From NCBI GenBank assembly GCA_039189765.1, contig JBCCYL010000011.1:1-64000 (forward strand): 64,000 bases of DNA. The letters run 5' to 3'. Made by a program: the position numbers and the translations under genes. The notes beneath the pieces were generated by a model. It was not told where the DNA came from. It did not search any database and saw only the letters and a list, made by a program, of their open reading frames with translations. Positions 28,492-39,651 of this stretch are shown here, piece by piece. The DNA is from Cyanobacteria bacterium P01_F01_bin.150 (GTDB taxonomy: Bacteria > Cyanobacteriota > Cyanobacteriia > CAKZMO01). Positions within the stretch are counted from its first letter, which is position 1. Each line of letters begins with the position of its first letter.

Positions 28492-29517
28492 ATGAACATT
28501 CCTTCTATGACTACCATTTCAAAAAAGGGTTTATTTGTAGGATTGACCACCCACGATTTGATTTATCAGGTTGAAGCCCCCCCAAAAGCAAATCAAAAAT
28601 TAGTTGCGTCAGACTATATTATGGCCGCAGGCGGGCCAGCAACCAATGCTGCGATCGCGTTTCAACACCTCAGCCAAATCTCAACCAACCAACCAATCCC
28701 TTCTCCACCATACTCTACGGCTTTTGCAACGATTCTCTCGGTAATTGGCAATCATCCCATTGGTCATCTGGTGAAGGCAGATATAGAACAGGGGGGAGTG
28801 GCGATCGCCGATCTCAATCCCGCTCATTCTGCTCCCGTCCCTACGTCCTCCATTATGGTGACAGCCGCAACGGGGGAAAGGGCCGTTGTCTCCCTAAATG
28901 CAGTAAAAAGTGTAGCGTTGCCCCATCAAATACCAGAGTGGATCGACAGTCTGTGGGATCAAATTGGCGTAGTGCTGATTGACGGTCATCAGATGAAGGT
29001 GGGGGAGGCGATCGCCCATATTGCCCAACAAAAGGATATTCCTGTCGTTGTTGATGCAGGCAGTTGGAAACCAGGGTTTGAGAAAGTTCTCGTCCATGCT
29101 ACCCACATCGTTTGCTCAGAAAACTTTTATCCTCCTAATTGCCAAAGTTGCAACGAAATTCATGATTTCCTTCAAAATCTAGGCGTTCCTCATATTGCCA
29201 TTACCCACGGGTCAGATCCAATTCAATATTGGCATAAGCAGGTCAACCGCGTTTCCAATACACCCCAATTAATTCCGGTGCCATCCATATCTCCGGTAGA
29301 TACCTTGGGGGCAGGGGATATTTTTCACGGTGCGTTTTGCTATTACCTATTGGACGCAGCAGCGAAAGATTTTGATGGCCCAGCACATAGCAGGGAACGC
29401 AGTCACCTAAATATTCCAGCGGTTCTCAGCAAGGCAGCGCAAATTGCATCGGAATCCTGCGCTAGTTTTGGGCCAAGGGCTTGGATGAGGCAAGAAAATT
29501 TCTCCAAGGCTCGATAA
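28492..29517 (+). CDS. PfkB-family carbohydrate kinase
   Basis: GGPATNAA and DTLGAGDIFHG motifs. Confidence 0.9.
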   Translation: MNIPSMTTISKKGLFVGLTTHDLIYQVEAPPKANQKLVASDYIMAAGGPATNAAIAFQHLSQISTNQPIPSPPYSTAFATILSVIGNHPIGHLVKADIEQGGVAIADLNPAHSAPVPTSSIMVTAATGERAVVSLNAVKSVALPHQIPEWIDSLWDQIGVVLIDGHQMKVGEAIAHIAQQKDIPVVVDAGSWKPGFEKVLVHATHIVCSENFYPPNCQSCNEIHDFLQNLGVPHIAITHGSDPIQYWHKQVNRVSNTPQLIPVPSISPVDTLGAGDIFHGAFCYYLLDAAAKDFDGPAHSRERSHLNIPAVLSKAAQIASESCASFGPRAWMRQENFSKAR

Positions 29518-29583
29518 GCGATGGCGTAGGATATGGTAAGCGACAGCTAACGTGTCGGTATTTTATTTTCGAGCAGATCTCAA

Positions 29584-30189
29584 ATGCCGTCTGGCTACAT
29601 TCACGATCGAATTACGCTATGGAGCCTGCCATTTGTTGTGGGGACCAGCATGATACGCACCCAAAGCGCAAGTATGACGCTAGCGATCGCCTCTGGCTTT
29701 TTGCTGGGCGGTTTAATGCTTGGCCCAGATTTAGATACCCGCTCCATTCACTACAAACGCTGGGGCTGGTTTCGCTGGATTTGGTTGCCCTATCGCAGTC
29801 GGGTAAAGCATCGTTCTCCGTTATCCCACGGCCCGATATTGGGCACTACGGTGCGAGTCTTCTACTTACTTTTGTGGATGTTGGTCCTGGGTAGCATTAC
29901 CATTGCTCTGCTCAATGACGTGCTTGGGTTGGGATGGACTTGGAAGGAAGTGAGCGATCGCATTAGCTGGCTCTTTACAACGTATTGGCCCTGGTGGATC
30001 GCGTTTGCTATCGGCTTAGAAATAGGAGCAATCAGCCATATTTTGGCAGACTGGAGCACTTCTGCCCGCAAGCGCTTTAAGAAACACTACCCAAGCCAAG
30101 GCTGGCGAGCATTGGGCTATATTTTCTACTCCTCCAAACCCAAAAAGCGGCGTTCAAGGCGCAAAGCTAGAGGTCGTCCTCAAAAGTAA
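29584..30189 (+). CDS. DUF2227-type membrane metal-binding protein
   Basis: MPSGYIHD, GPDLD, HRSPLSHGPILG, SHILAD. Confidence 0.85.
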   Translation: MPSGYIHDRITLWSLPFVVGTSMIRTQSASMTLAIASGFLLGGLMLGPDLDTRSIHYKRWGWFRWIWLPYRSRVKHRSPLSHGPILGTTVRVFYLLLWMLVLGSITIALLNDVLGLGWTWKEVSDRISWLFTTYWPWWIAFAIGLEIGAISHILADWSTSARKRFKKHYPSQGWRALGYIFYSSKPKKRRSRRKARGRPQK

Positions 30190-30489
30190 AACGGCTTTAA
30201 ACGCTAACTGAGAGGTGATTGAAGCTGATGCTTTTGTCAACATGATATGTGTTTCTGAGTTATTTCATTTCCAAAAACAATAACACCCACACATATTGCC
30301 AACGGCTAAGATTTGGGGGTGCGTCCTCCGTTTCGCGGGGACACACCTTACAAAAAGTCCAGCACTCAGCCGTGCAGAGTACATCAAGGAAGAACTTTCA
30401 TCACAAGGGCTTAATTTGTTAAGATCTGTAAATAAATCTCATTTTTATCCTGACTCAAGGACTCTGTACGAAGGAAAGCAAAATTGAAC

Positions 30490-31947
30490 ATGGCGTCAAA
30501 ACGAATCCTAATTTGGTATCGCAATGATTTGCGGCTACACGACCACGAGCCGTTAGTGTACGCGCTCAAGCAGCGGGCAGAGATTATTCCCGTGTATTGT
30601 TTTGACCCCAGACAGTTTGACAATACATCCTTTGGCTTTCCCAAAACCGGAGCCTTTCGTGGGCAGTTTTTACTAGAATCGGTGGCGGACCTGAGGCGAT
30701 CGCTCCAGTTCCTTGGTAGCGACCTGATTATTCGCCAGGGCAAGCCTGAAATCGTTCTACCTGGGCTGGCCAAAAAGTTAGATATTTTTGCAGTTCTCTT
30801 CCATGGTGAAGTCACGTCAGAAGAAGTTACCGTTGAGAAAAAATTAAAGTCCACCCTTTACCAAAACGGCACCAAGTTCAAAACCTTCTGGGGCACAACT
30901 CTTTATCATCCTGACAATCTGCCCTTTGAGATTTCTGATGTACCTGAACTGTTTACTACTTTCCGCAAAGAGGTAGAAAAGCAAGCCTCCGTTGAACAGG
31001 CGTTGGCAACGCCTAAAAAGCTGCCCTCTTTACCAGATATTAACACTGGAGAGTTGCCGACCCTGGAAGAGTTAGGGTTAAAGCATGAATCGATTGATCA
31101 ACGGGCAGTGCTCCAGTTCAAAGGGGGTGAAAGTGAAGGTTTAGCAAGACTAGACGCATACTTTTGGGACGGCAACCATCTCAAAGAATATAAGGAAACC
31201 CGCAACGGCATGCTGGGAGCCGATTACTCCTCTAAGTTCTCCCCATGGTTGGCCCATGGCTGCTTGTCACCCCGCTACATATATTGGGAAGTTCAGGAGT
31301 ATGAACAGCAGCGAGTCAGGAATAAGTCCACCTACTGGCTAATCTTTGAGCTGCTGTGGCGAGATTATTTTCGGTTTATCTGTGAGAAGCATGGCGATCG
31401 CGTCTTTCATCTTTCTGGCCTCCAAGGCGCACGCTTTCCATGGAAAACTAACTGTGAGCAGTTTGAGCGTTGGCAAACAGGCACCACGGGCTACCCACTA
31501 GTGGATGCAAATATGCGAGAACTAGCCGCCACTGGATTTATGTCCAATCGGGGACGGCAGAATGTGGCCAGCTTTTTAACCAAGAATTTAGCGATTGACT
31601 GGCGCATTGGTGCAGAGTGGTTTGAGTCGATGCTGATTGACTATGATGTATGCAGCAATTGGGGTAATTGGAACTACACCGCAGGTGTGGGCAACGATGC
31701 CCGTGGCTTCCGCTATTTCAACATTGAAAAGCAATCTCGTACCTATGATCTGCATGGGGATTATGTGCGTCACTGGTTACCAGAACTGGCTGGATTAGAT
31801 GAGAATAAAATCCATAAGCCTTGGCAACTAAATGGAAATCAGCAAAAACAGTTTGGCGTGATCTTAGGTAATGATTACCCTGAACCGATCGTAGACTTTT
31901 GGGATTCCATCAAGAAAAACGAACGCTTATATGAAAGCAACCTATAG
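30490..31947 (+). CDS. cry-DASH: Cryptochrome DASH / photolyase family
   Basis: WYRNDLRLHD, YKETRNG.LG.DYSSKFSPWL, GFMSNRGRQNVASFL, GVGND.R. Confidence 0.92.
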   Translation: MASKRILIWYRNDLRLHDHEPLVYALKQRAEIIPVYCFDPRQFDNTSFGFPKTGAFRGQFLLESVADLRRSLQFLGSDLIIRQGKPEIVLPGLAKKLDIFAVLFHGEVTSEEVTVEKKLKSTLYQNGTKFKTFWGTTLYHPDNLPFEISDVPELFTTFRKEVEKQASVEQALATPKKLPSLPDINTGELPTLEELGLKHESIDQRAVLQFKGGESEGLARLDAYFWDGNHLKEYKETRNGMLGADYSSKFSPWLAHGCLSPRYIYWEVQEYEQQRVRNKSTYWLIFELLWRDYFRFICEKHGDRVFHLSGLQGARFPWKTNCEQFERWQTGTTGYPLVDANMRELAATGFMSNRGRQNVASFLTKNLAIDWRIGAEWFESMLIDYDVCSNWGNWNYTAGVGNDARGFRYFNIEKQSRTYDLHGDYVRHWLPELAGLDENKIHKPWQLNGNQQKQFGVILGNDYPEPIVDFWDSIKKNERLYESNL

Positions 31948-32148
31948 TGCAAACATTGGGGATTATTGGGGGTAGCCTTTACTACATAGTGTATTTGCTA
32001 CCGCTCAAAGATTTGTTTACGCAGTTTAGTCCGGGCTTTCGTTTTAAGGCAAATCAAACTCAGCGATAACATAGCCGTAAAGTACCCCAACTATCTGCCT
32101 GAAGTTATCATCCCCAGTTTGTAGTCATTTTGAGAAAGGTTGGACTCC

Positions 32149-32631
32149 ATGGAGAAAAATCGGCAGAAATGGATACTAGCTCTTCTAGGGCTAATCGTTG
32201 CTGTATTAGTGCAGATTGCTCAGAAATACTTGCAGCAAGCTTTTCCTGGCGGCATATTTTATCAATCCAACATCACCTTGCTTGGATATCCCCTTCTTGA
32301 TATTCGAATACCATCACACAATCAAGTTATGGCGCTACAGTATATGCCGCTCGATGAAGCCATGAAGCTTGTGACTTCAACAGGATGGTTTGCCATGGGA
32401 ATCATGTCCTTCGGCGTTATTGCCTTAGGCCCAGGCGCAATAGGTATTGTGTCCTTTGGTGTTGGTTCACTGGGCTGCATTGCATTCGGCGTCCTATCTG
32501 TTGCTTTGTTCCTAGCATTTGGCTGTATGGCCCTGTCTTTCTTCAAATCCTGGGGAATTCTAGCAATATCCTGGTTCCAATCCCGAGGACTACAGGCAAT
32601 AGATCGCAATGGGTCACAGTTCAATCCTTAA
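32149..32631 (+). CDS. Hypothetical membrane protein with Gly-rich GxxAxG/GxxSFG repeats
   Basis: Hydrophobic ORF; repeated 10-residue Gly pattern. Confidence 0.55.
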   Translation: MEKNRQKWILALLGLIVAVLVQIAQKYLQQAFPGGIFYQSNITLLGYPLLDIRIPSHNQVMALQYMPLDEAMKLVTSTGWFAMGIMSFGVIALGPGAIGIVSFGVGSLGCIAFGVLSVALFLAFGCMALSFFKSWGILAISWFQSRGLQAIDRNGSQFNP

Positions 32632-32836
32632 TCAAGGAATTGAACCCCATGGCCCAGCTTGACCCACTGATTTTCAGATATTTCTACGAAAATCAACTTT
32701 GCGAATATCTTCATTGCTTAATAAGTAGGTTTTTAATAAAAAATCACTTTAAGAGTAATCATTTAGGTATCATAACAATACTGATGGTCATCTGAGACCG
32801 CATTGTACTCAAAGGCTAGACGAAAAGACTAAATTT

Positions 32837-33034
32837 ATGGCTCGCGGTCGTTCTAAAAAATCAGGTCAAAAGAAGACAAAGGCTCCAGCAAAGGGTGATC
32901 TGCCCCAGAAGGTCTGTGTGGTGTGCGATCGCCCCTTTACCTGGCGTAAGAGATGGGAAGCCTGCTGGGACGACGTAAAATACTGCTCGGAACGATGTCG
33001 TCGTCGCCGTTCCAATGCTCATCAGCAAGAGTAA
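32837..33034 (+). CDS. DUF2256 zinc-ribbon protein
   Basis: [19 protein letters not shown]...VKYCSERCR. Confidence 0.88.
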   Translation: MARGRSKKSGQKKTKAPAKGDLPQKVCVVCDRPFTWRKRWEACWDDVKYCSERCRRRRSNAHQQE

Positions 33035-33055
33035 AATATTGCGTCTAATTTCAGC

Positions 33056-33958
33056 TTACTTGAGTGACAAGCGACGAACCGCCAGCAAGCTTCCCATCAC
33101 CCCCACAGAACTCCCCAACCCCAACAGAATCAGGGGTAAAAGGAGCGATCGCCGAGCGTCGAGCTGTAAATCATTGGCCAAAAACCGAATAAAATCGGGC
33201 TGTTGGGCAATTAAATGCTGGAGAAAAAATTGCAGCCCTAGAATAAAACCCCATGCAATTCCTGCCCCCACAATGCCAAAGATAATGCCCTGGAGAATAA
33301 ACGGAAAATAAATCCACAGACTGGTGGCACCGACGAGCTGCATCACCTCAATTTCACGGCGGCGGGCCATGACGATCAGGCGAATGGTGGTGGTAATAAC
33401 AGCGATCGCGGTCAAAGTAAGGACTGATGTCACAGCAATACTGACCCAGTTCAGACCTTGATTGAGCTGAGCAATTCGCTTTACGGCTTCATCCACGTAG
33501 CCGACTTCCTCCACACCGTCTAATTCAGACAATTGCTCAGCTAATCTTGGCACTGCATCAGAATCAGTTGCCTTTACTTTTAATTCATCCACCAAAGGAT
33601 TCCCACTCAATTGTTCAGTTGCCCCTGCAATATCGGAAATCCCCATTTCTCTTACCAGAGCTTCCCAGGCCTCTTGCCGTGAAACGACGGTAATACCAGT
33701 CACATTTGGCAGCGTTTGCACTTTTGATTCGAGGACATCAGCCGTCATTCCTGGTTCCAAATACACCGACACCTCTAGCTGACTACCAAAGTCATGCAGC
33801 AGTTGTTCAATTTGCCAAGAGGCATGGAGACTTGTACCAAATAAAAACAGTAAGACAGTGACTGTACTGATGGCAGCCCAGTTCATCCAGCCTCCTCGCT
33901 GTAAGCCCAGGAAGGTCTCTCTCAATAAATAATCGGCTTTGGTGAGCCAGCGTAGCAC
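33056..33958 (-). CDS. ftsX: Cell division permease FtsX
   Basis: TIRLIVMARRREIEVMQLVGAT..I.FPF. Confidence 0.88.
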   Translation of the reverse strand: MLRWLTKADYLLRETFLGLQRGGWMNWAAISTVTVLLFLFGTSLHASWQIEQLLHDFGSQLEVSVYLEPGMTADVLESKVQTLPNVTGITVVSRQEAWEALVREMGISDIAGATEQLSGNPLVDELKVKATDSDAVPRLAEQLSELDGVEEVGYVDEAVKRIAQLNQGLNWVSIAVTSVLTLTAIAVITTTIRLIVMARRREIEVMQLVGATSLWIYFPFILQGIIFGIVGAGIAWGFILGLQFFLQHLIAQQPDFIRFLANDLQLDARRSLLLPLILLGLGSSVGVMGSLLAVRRLSLK

Positions 33959-34081
33959 CGTTTTGTTCTCCTCTACGTTTCAGATGGCTTAATCTAAAGC
34001 AAAAAAGTGAACCATACGTAAGTGTTTATCCGATAATATATGGTTCAATAGCAGCCGATAAATTCTGAATGACCCGGACAT

Positions 34082-34999
34082 ATGCATAATTTCCTGCCTA
34101 CCGCTTACTTTAACAACCAATTTGTTCCTTTTGAGTCCGCTAACCTCTCTATTGCTACCCATGCATTGCATTATGGCACGGCAGCTTTTGGCGGAATGCG
34201 CGGCATTCCTGATCCTAATAAACCGGGTCACATTCTCTTATTCCGCTTATCTCAACATGCTCAGCGTTTGAGTGCCAGTGCTCGTTTGCTTCACTATGAT
34301 CTACCAGCGGACAAAATAGAGGCGATCATTATCGATTTTGTAAAGCAAAATCAACCCGATGCGTCTTTTTACATGCGGCCCTTTGTGTACACATCAGATT
34401 TAGGGATTTCTCCACGTTTGCATAATGTTAAAAAAAGTTTCTTCATATACGGATTAGAGCTAGGCGACTATCTTTCTCCGGAAGGCGTTAGCTGCCGGAT
34501 TAGCTCCTGGTACCGTCAAGAAGACCGTAGTCTTCCCCTGCGCGGCAAAATCAGTGGGGCTTACATCACATCGTCTTTGGCAAAAACTGAGGCTGTAGAG
34601 TCTGGGTTTGACGAAGCTATTCTGATGAATTCCCAGGGCAAAGTTAGTGAAGCCACTGGAATGAACATTTTTATGGTGCGCAATGGTCAGCTTATTACAC
34701 CTGGTTTTGAACAAGATATTTTGGAAGGCATTACCCGAAATAGCATAATTTCGATGGCCCAGGATATGGGTATATCCGTTGTGGAACGTCCGATTGATAA
34801 ATCAGAACTCTTTATCGCAAATGAAATTTTTCTCAGCGGTACAGCAGCAAAGATTACCCCTGTAAAGCAAATTGAGAATTATCAGTATGGTAGCGATCGC
34901 CCTATTACGGATAAACTCAGAAACCAACTCACTGCAATAACTGAAAACCGCGATCCAAACTATTCCCAATGGATCACATCAATTGCAATCAATGAATAG
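34082..34999 (+). CDS. ilvE: Branched-chain amino acid aminotransferase
   Basis: HALHYG, GKISGAY, ILEGITR, GTAAKITPV. Confidence 0.92.
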   Translation: MHNFLPTAYFNNQFVPFESANLSIATHALHYGTAAFGGMRGIPDPNKPGHILLFRLSQHAQRLSASARLLHYDLPADKIEAIIIDFVKQNQPDASFYMRPFVYTSDLGISPRLHNVKKSFFIYGLELGDYLSPEGVSCRISSWYRQEDRSLPLRGKISGAYITSSLAKTEAVESGFDEAILMNSQGKVSEATGMNIFMVRNGQLITPGFEQDILEGITRNSIISMAQDMGISVVERPIDKSELFIANEIFLSGTAAKITPVKQIENYQYGSDRPITDKLRNQLTAITENRDPNYSQWITSIAINE

Positions 35000-35146
35000 T
35001 ATTAGGGTATGTAGCTGTTAAGGCTCACGTTTCCTGTTCTATCGATGTTGAGCCTCTGTAAAGATTCTCTAAGAGAATATATAAAAGTTAGTAATATCGC
35101 AATATTTTCCCGAGTGAATCAGTAAGAATATTAGATTAGATATCTG

Positions 35147-36973
35147 CTAAAAGGGGATCACAAGCTTTTCTGGGCAGACAGGCCTTGAGAAAAGATATCC
35201 TTGACCTGATTCACACCCTAACATCTTTAATGTTTCAAGCTGTTGCTGATTCTCAATGCCCTCAGCTACTACACTCATCCCCAATGTATGTGCCAAGTTA
35301 ATCGTTGCTTCCACAATTCCTAATCGCTTTTGACTCTGGTTCATTCCTTGAATAAAAGAACGGTCAATTTTTAATGTATCTAAGGGAAAGCGATGGAGAT
35401 AACTTAAAGATGAATAGCCCGTACCAAAGTCATCAATGACTAACTGAATTTTTCTTTTTTTTAGCTGGGCTAAAATATTGTGCGTAGTGCCTTCATTATG
35501 AATTAATGCACTTTCGGTAATTTCTAACTTTAAATGGTGAGAGTTAAAATTAGGGAGTGCAATAATCTGATCGATATCATATAAGAAGTTAGGATGAGTG
35601 AGTTGATTTGCAGAGATATTAACGTTAACATGAAATGATGAACTACCAATTTCTTTTGAATAAGAATTCTTGTTGATAGACGTATCCCACTGATGTATTT
35701 GTTTCCATGCTTGCTGTAGCACCAATAATCCAATGGGATGAATTAAGCCAACTTCTTCTGCAAGATGAATAAAACGATCTGGGTGAGTTAAGCCCTTTTT
35801 AGGATGCTGCCATCTAATCAATGCTTCACACCCTTCAATCTGATTCGTTTTTAGTGAGAAAATTGGTTGATAATGTAATACAAATTCTTCATTTTGAACC
35901 GCTAACCGTAAATCTTGCTCTAACTCTAAACGCTCCACTGCCTGGTCGTACATTAACTGATCAAAAATCTGATAGCGTCCTTTTCCTTTGGCCTTGGCAT
36001 GATACATTGCGGTATCAGCGTCTCTCAGCAATTCGTCTGGCTGATGATAGTTTTTATTACCTAAAACAATTCCAATACTGGCATTAATAAAAATTCTTCG
36101 CCCTCCTAAATAAAAGGGCTGTTTTAGGGTTTCTTGAATCTTTAATGCTATTTCTATTGCATCGGATTCATTAGATATTTCTTTACTTAAAATCGTAAAC
36201 TCATCTCCACCAAGTCGAGCAACAAGATGATTTGGCAGAAGACATTGTTCTAATCGACGAGCTAAAGCAATTAATAATTGATCGCCTACCAAATGGCCTA
36301 AAGAATCATTAATAACTTTAAAGTGATCACAATCAAAAAATAGAATGGCAAACTGGTAGCTGGAGTTTTGTTTTGCCTGATGAATGGTTTGGGCTAAATG
36401 CTCCATAAACCAAGTGCGGTTGGGCAGATTAGTTAATGTATCATGTAAGACTAAGTAACGCAGATTTTCTTGGGCACGCTTGCGCACCATGATTTCTGCT
36501 TCCAATTGGGCGGTACGATTTGCAACCCGAGATTCCAGTTCAGCACTAAGTTGTGCAATTCTATCCCTTGCAGCCTGTAGGCTCAATTGGTGCTCAATTC
36601 TGAGGATCACCTCTGATGCATCAAAAGGCTTTGTAATATAATCGACTCCCCCCAACTCAAATGCTTTGGCCTTATCTAGGGGAGTATCTAAAGCACTAAT
36701 AAAAATAATAGGAATATGCTGACTGGCTTTATTTTCTTTCAAGCTGATGCAGATATCGTAGCCACTGATATCCGGTAAGCATACATCTAAAAGAATTAGC
36801 TTTGGAGGTCCTAAAGCCATTGATTCTAAGGCTTCCTTACCAGTGCTTGCACAGCGAGACACATAGTAATGCGATTGAATAATGCGTGAAAGCAACCTCA
36901 GGGTATGGACATCATCATCCACGATGAGGATTTCGACACTCGACACGTTTGAGTTCAGAATGTTCATACTCAA
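35147..36973 (-). CDS. Response regulator REC-GGDEF-EAL (c-di-GMP enzyme)
   Basis: LIVDDD..LLD..KP receiver; RLGGDEF; EAL, DDFGTGYSS, EGIE. Confidence 0.92.
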   Translation of the reverse strand: MSMNILNSNVSSVEILIVDDDVHTLRLLSRIIQSHYYVSRCASTGKEALESMALGPPKLILLDVCLPDISGYDICISLKENKASQHIPIIFISALDTPLDKAKAFELGGVDYITKPFDASEVILRIEHQLSLQAARDRIAQLSAELESRVANRTAQLEAEIMVRKRAQENLRYLVLHDTLTNLPNRTWFMEHLAQTIHQAKQNSSYQFAILFFDCDHFKVINDSLGHLVGDQLLIALARRLEQCLLPNHLVARLGGDEFTILSKEISNESDAIEIALKIQETLKQPFYLGGRRIFINASIGIVLGNKNYHQPDELLRDADTAMYHAKAKGKGRYQIFDQLMYDQAVERLELEQDLRLAVQNEEFVLHYQPIFSLKTNQIEGCEALIRWQHPKKGLTHPDRFIHLAEEVGLIHPIGLLVLQQAWKQIHQWDTSINKNSYSKEIGSSSFHVNVNISANQLTHPNFLYDIDQIIALPNFNSHHLKLEITESALIHNEGTTHNILAQLKKRKIQLVIDDFGTGYSSLSYLHRFPLDTLKIDRSFIQGMNQSQKRLGIVEATINLAHTLGMSVVAEGIENQQQLETLKMLGCESGQGYLFSRPVCPEKLVIPF

Positions 36974-37057
36974 CCAACCAATAATGCCGAAATAGAAGGC
37001 TCCAACAAACTAAAAAATGGTGCTCATAGAGCATCAACCAATAATTAGGACAGAGAC

Positions 37058-37099
37058 GTTTTAGTGGGGGCGCAAAGCGACTCCACTAAAACGTCCTAA
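37058..37099. repeat. REP-like long hairpin
   Basis: GACGTTTTAGTGG...CCACTAAAACGTC. Confidence 0.6.
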
Positions 37100-37456
37100 C
37101 TGTAACCATCGCTATATGCATGACGTTATCCTCTTGCCAATCTCAAAGCCACTTGATTTATCAATCAGTATGGCATGTTGTTTCAATCTAAAAATCTAAG
37201 TGTCATCTCGCTTTGCACAATTTATTAAATTTTCTTTAGTTTCTAAGCTCAATATTCATGAAAAGATCATGGATTATTTGGAAACAGTTATTTCTGTATT
37301 CAAAGTGGACACTCTGGGAACAGGACAGTATGGGGTCGTAAACTATTTCGCGACATCTATTCTGTGATTATAGAAGTCCGATTTCTGGCGGACTACAATT
37401 AGATATCGTGGCAGCGATCGCTTGCGATCACGACGAATCCTAATCCGTAGAAAGCT

Positions 37457-38335
37457 ATGTTGGCTTTCGCTAACGCACACAAATATTCAAAATCTATGGC
37501 ACCGTTTCCAAATTGTCTATTTTGTTCATGTTCAATCCATACTTCGTCTCTGAAACTCAACCTGCTTAGCCGAATATTTGGTTTGGTCGCTATCTTTGCA
37601 GGCTTTGAATTTATGGTGGGCCATATTAGCCACAGCCTAGCGCTTCAAGCCGACTCTGGCCATATGATGTCCGATGGGTTGGCGTTGGCGATCGCCCTTT
37701 TTGCGACTTATATGGCTCGTAGCTCTGTCTTCTCTAAAGAGTACCGTGCTTTTTCTCAACAGGTTGAAACATGGGCTGCCCTAATCAATGGATTGGGACT
37801 CTTAGGTATGGCAGGACTTATTGGTTGGGAGGCCTATAGTCACTGGCAGTCTCCTCCAAGCGATATTCTGAGTATCCCGATGTTAATCACCGCCATTATC
37901 GGCTTAGTGATTAATGGCATCAGTTTCCAATGGATACAGTCCTTCAACGATGGTGAGAGCAAGAATGCTGTAGTTCAGAATTCAAGACCTCTAGACCTTA
38001 ATCTTCAGGGGGTGTTACTTCATGTCCTCGCTGATGTACTGGGTTCAGTTGGCGTTATCTTAGCTGCGATCGCCGTATGGATATGGGGATGGATATGGGC
38101 CGATAATGTGATCAGTGTGGCGTTAGCATTACTTATTGGCGGCAGTGCAATTTCACTGATTAGACAAAGTATCATTGCATTACGATCATCCTGGTACAGA
38201 CCAGGTCAAGCTTCTGTGTTTAAATCCTCAAAAGATCTCACAGGCCAAGCGGCAGTGCTGAGTAAAGTCGGTTTTTGTGAGATTGGGCAAACAAATTTAA
38301 GCCAAATTGTGAAAGATTTGCAGGCTTCAGATTGA
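37457..38335 (+). CDS. Cation diffusion facilitator (Zn/Co/Cd) transporter
   Basis: SLALQADSGHMMSD and LHVLADVLGS motifs; start uncertain. Confidence 0.85.
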   Translation: MLAFANAHKYSKSMAPFPNCLFCSCSIHTSSLKLNLLSRIFGLVAIFAGFEFMVGHISHSLALQADSGHMMSDGLALAIALFATYMARSSVFSKEYRAFSQQVETWAALINGLGLLGMAGLIGWEAYSHWQSPPSDILSIPMLITAIIGLVINGISFQWIQSFNDGESKNAVVQNSRPLDLNLQGVLLHVLADVLGSVGVILAAIAVWIWGWIWADNVISVALALLIGGSAISLIRQSIIALRSSWYRPGQASVFKSSKDLTGQAAVLSKVGFCEIGQTNLSQIVKDLQASD

Positions 38336-38486
38336 AAAACCTTTAGGCCATAGATTTTGGTGATTAGACTGCATTCTCAGACTCAGCAAGCTTGCGTGGC
38401 CCCTTAGTGATAACTACGAGACCACGCATAAACTCAACATCCTGAGGAAGATGATGTCAAAGACAAACGAATGCTAGGGCTGTTGC

Positions 38487-38798
38487 TTACCAATCAGTGT
38501 TACGACGATAATTTCCGCCCCCACCATTGTTCCTGTTTCCGCCCCCACCACTGTTCTCGCGGGGTCTAGCCTTATTAACCTTCATCTCACGTCCCATCCA
38601 CTCAGCACCATCTAGGGCTTCGATCACTGCTTCTTCTTCAGACTCCTGGGACATATCAACAAATGCAAATCCACGAGGACGATCTGTTTCACGATCCATC
38701 GGCAAGCTGACACGTTTTACCGTGCCATACTCAGCGAAAACCTCCTGTATGTCTTCACGGGTGACATCGTAGGACAAATTACCAACATAAACAGACAT
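38487..38798 (-). CDS. rbp: RRM RNA-binding protein with Gly-rich tail
   Basis: VYVGNL (RNP2), RGFAFV (RNP1), VNKARPR. Confidence 0.95.
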   Translation of the reverse strand: MSVYVGNLSYDVTREDIQEVFAEYGTVKRVSLPMDRETDRPRGFAFVDMSQESEEEAVIEALDGAEWMGREMKVNKARPRENSGGGGNRNNGGGGNYRRNTDW

Positions 38799-38850
38799 GG
38801 AACCATCTCCAATAATTGACTAGTAACGTAGTGAGTTAACCGGAGATGGA
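38799..38850 (-). promoter_or_regulatory. RBS-sequestering hairpin in the rbp 5' UTR
   Basis: Minus-strand CCATCTCCG pairs with TGGAGATGG (SD) just upstream of the ATG. Confidence 0.6.
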
Positions 38851-39287
38851 GCTGTAACCGAAATCGAAAGTGAAATTGAAACAAGCTGACTCTACCGAAA
38901 AATAACTCTGGACTAACGAATCCAAGCTAGCACATATATCGGCAAAGCTAAAGCCAAAGTAGATAAAATATCACAAGAATTTGACCCGATGTGGCATTCT
39001 TCACTCAAAAGAATACAAGCTAACGTCGGGTAAACAATGAGACTCTACAGATATTGTTCCTCTAGCGGGGCTTAAATTCACGACTACGTTATAAACAGCA
39101 ACACTATCAGCTCTTCCTGCAGCCTACACATATTTTTACGGAATTGCAATGGCTTGAAGGTAAATTTTATGCATCTAGGTGTGGAGAATAAAGTTTGGTG
39201 CTTGAGAGGTGTTATGGATGCTTAATGTCTATGACAATCAACTTGAATTTCAATTACTCAAGGCCTTAGATGAAACGTGAAATGAAT

Positions 39288-39578
39288 TCAATACGTAACT
39301 GTTTGGGAGTCGTTTTTCCAGAGTAAACGGATTGCCATAGTAGCAAATCCCAGGGCAGCGATCGCCTTTACCCATCGCACAGGCAAGATCTCCCCTAGGC
39401 CGCCGCCCAGCCATACGCCGAGTAAAGTCGCCAACAATAGGGCGCTGGATGCTCCCCAAAAGATAGGTTTGAATGATTTAGAATTGCTGCTAAGGACAAT
39501 CGCTGCTAATTGGCTTTTGTCACCTAGCTCAGAAATGAAGACTGCGGTAAAGCTTATGAGAAGTAACTTCCAGTCCAT
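39288..39578 (-). CDS. TMEM165/GDT1 (UPF0016) half-transporter
   Basis: ELGDKSQ motif, 3 TM helices. Confidence 0.9.
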   Translation of the reverse strand: MDWKLLLISFTAVFISELGDKSQLAAIVLSSNSKSFKPIFWGASSALLLATLLGVWLGGGLGEILPVRWVKAIAALGFATMAIRLLWKNDSQTVTY

Positions 39579-39651
39579 ACTTATTATTCAATCCGTTTCA
39601 ATATCATCAACTACATAGTGCCGTGATCGCTCGGTAGGTAAAGATTGCTTT

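Noticed and set aside
37058..37099. c-di-GMP-I riboswitch upstream of the GGDEF-EAL gene (GCGCAAAGC)
   Set aside because: Only a single long hairpin; two-stem GEMM architecture absent and the motif is on the wrong strand
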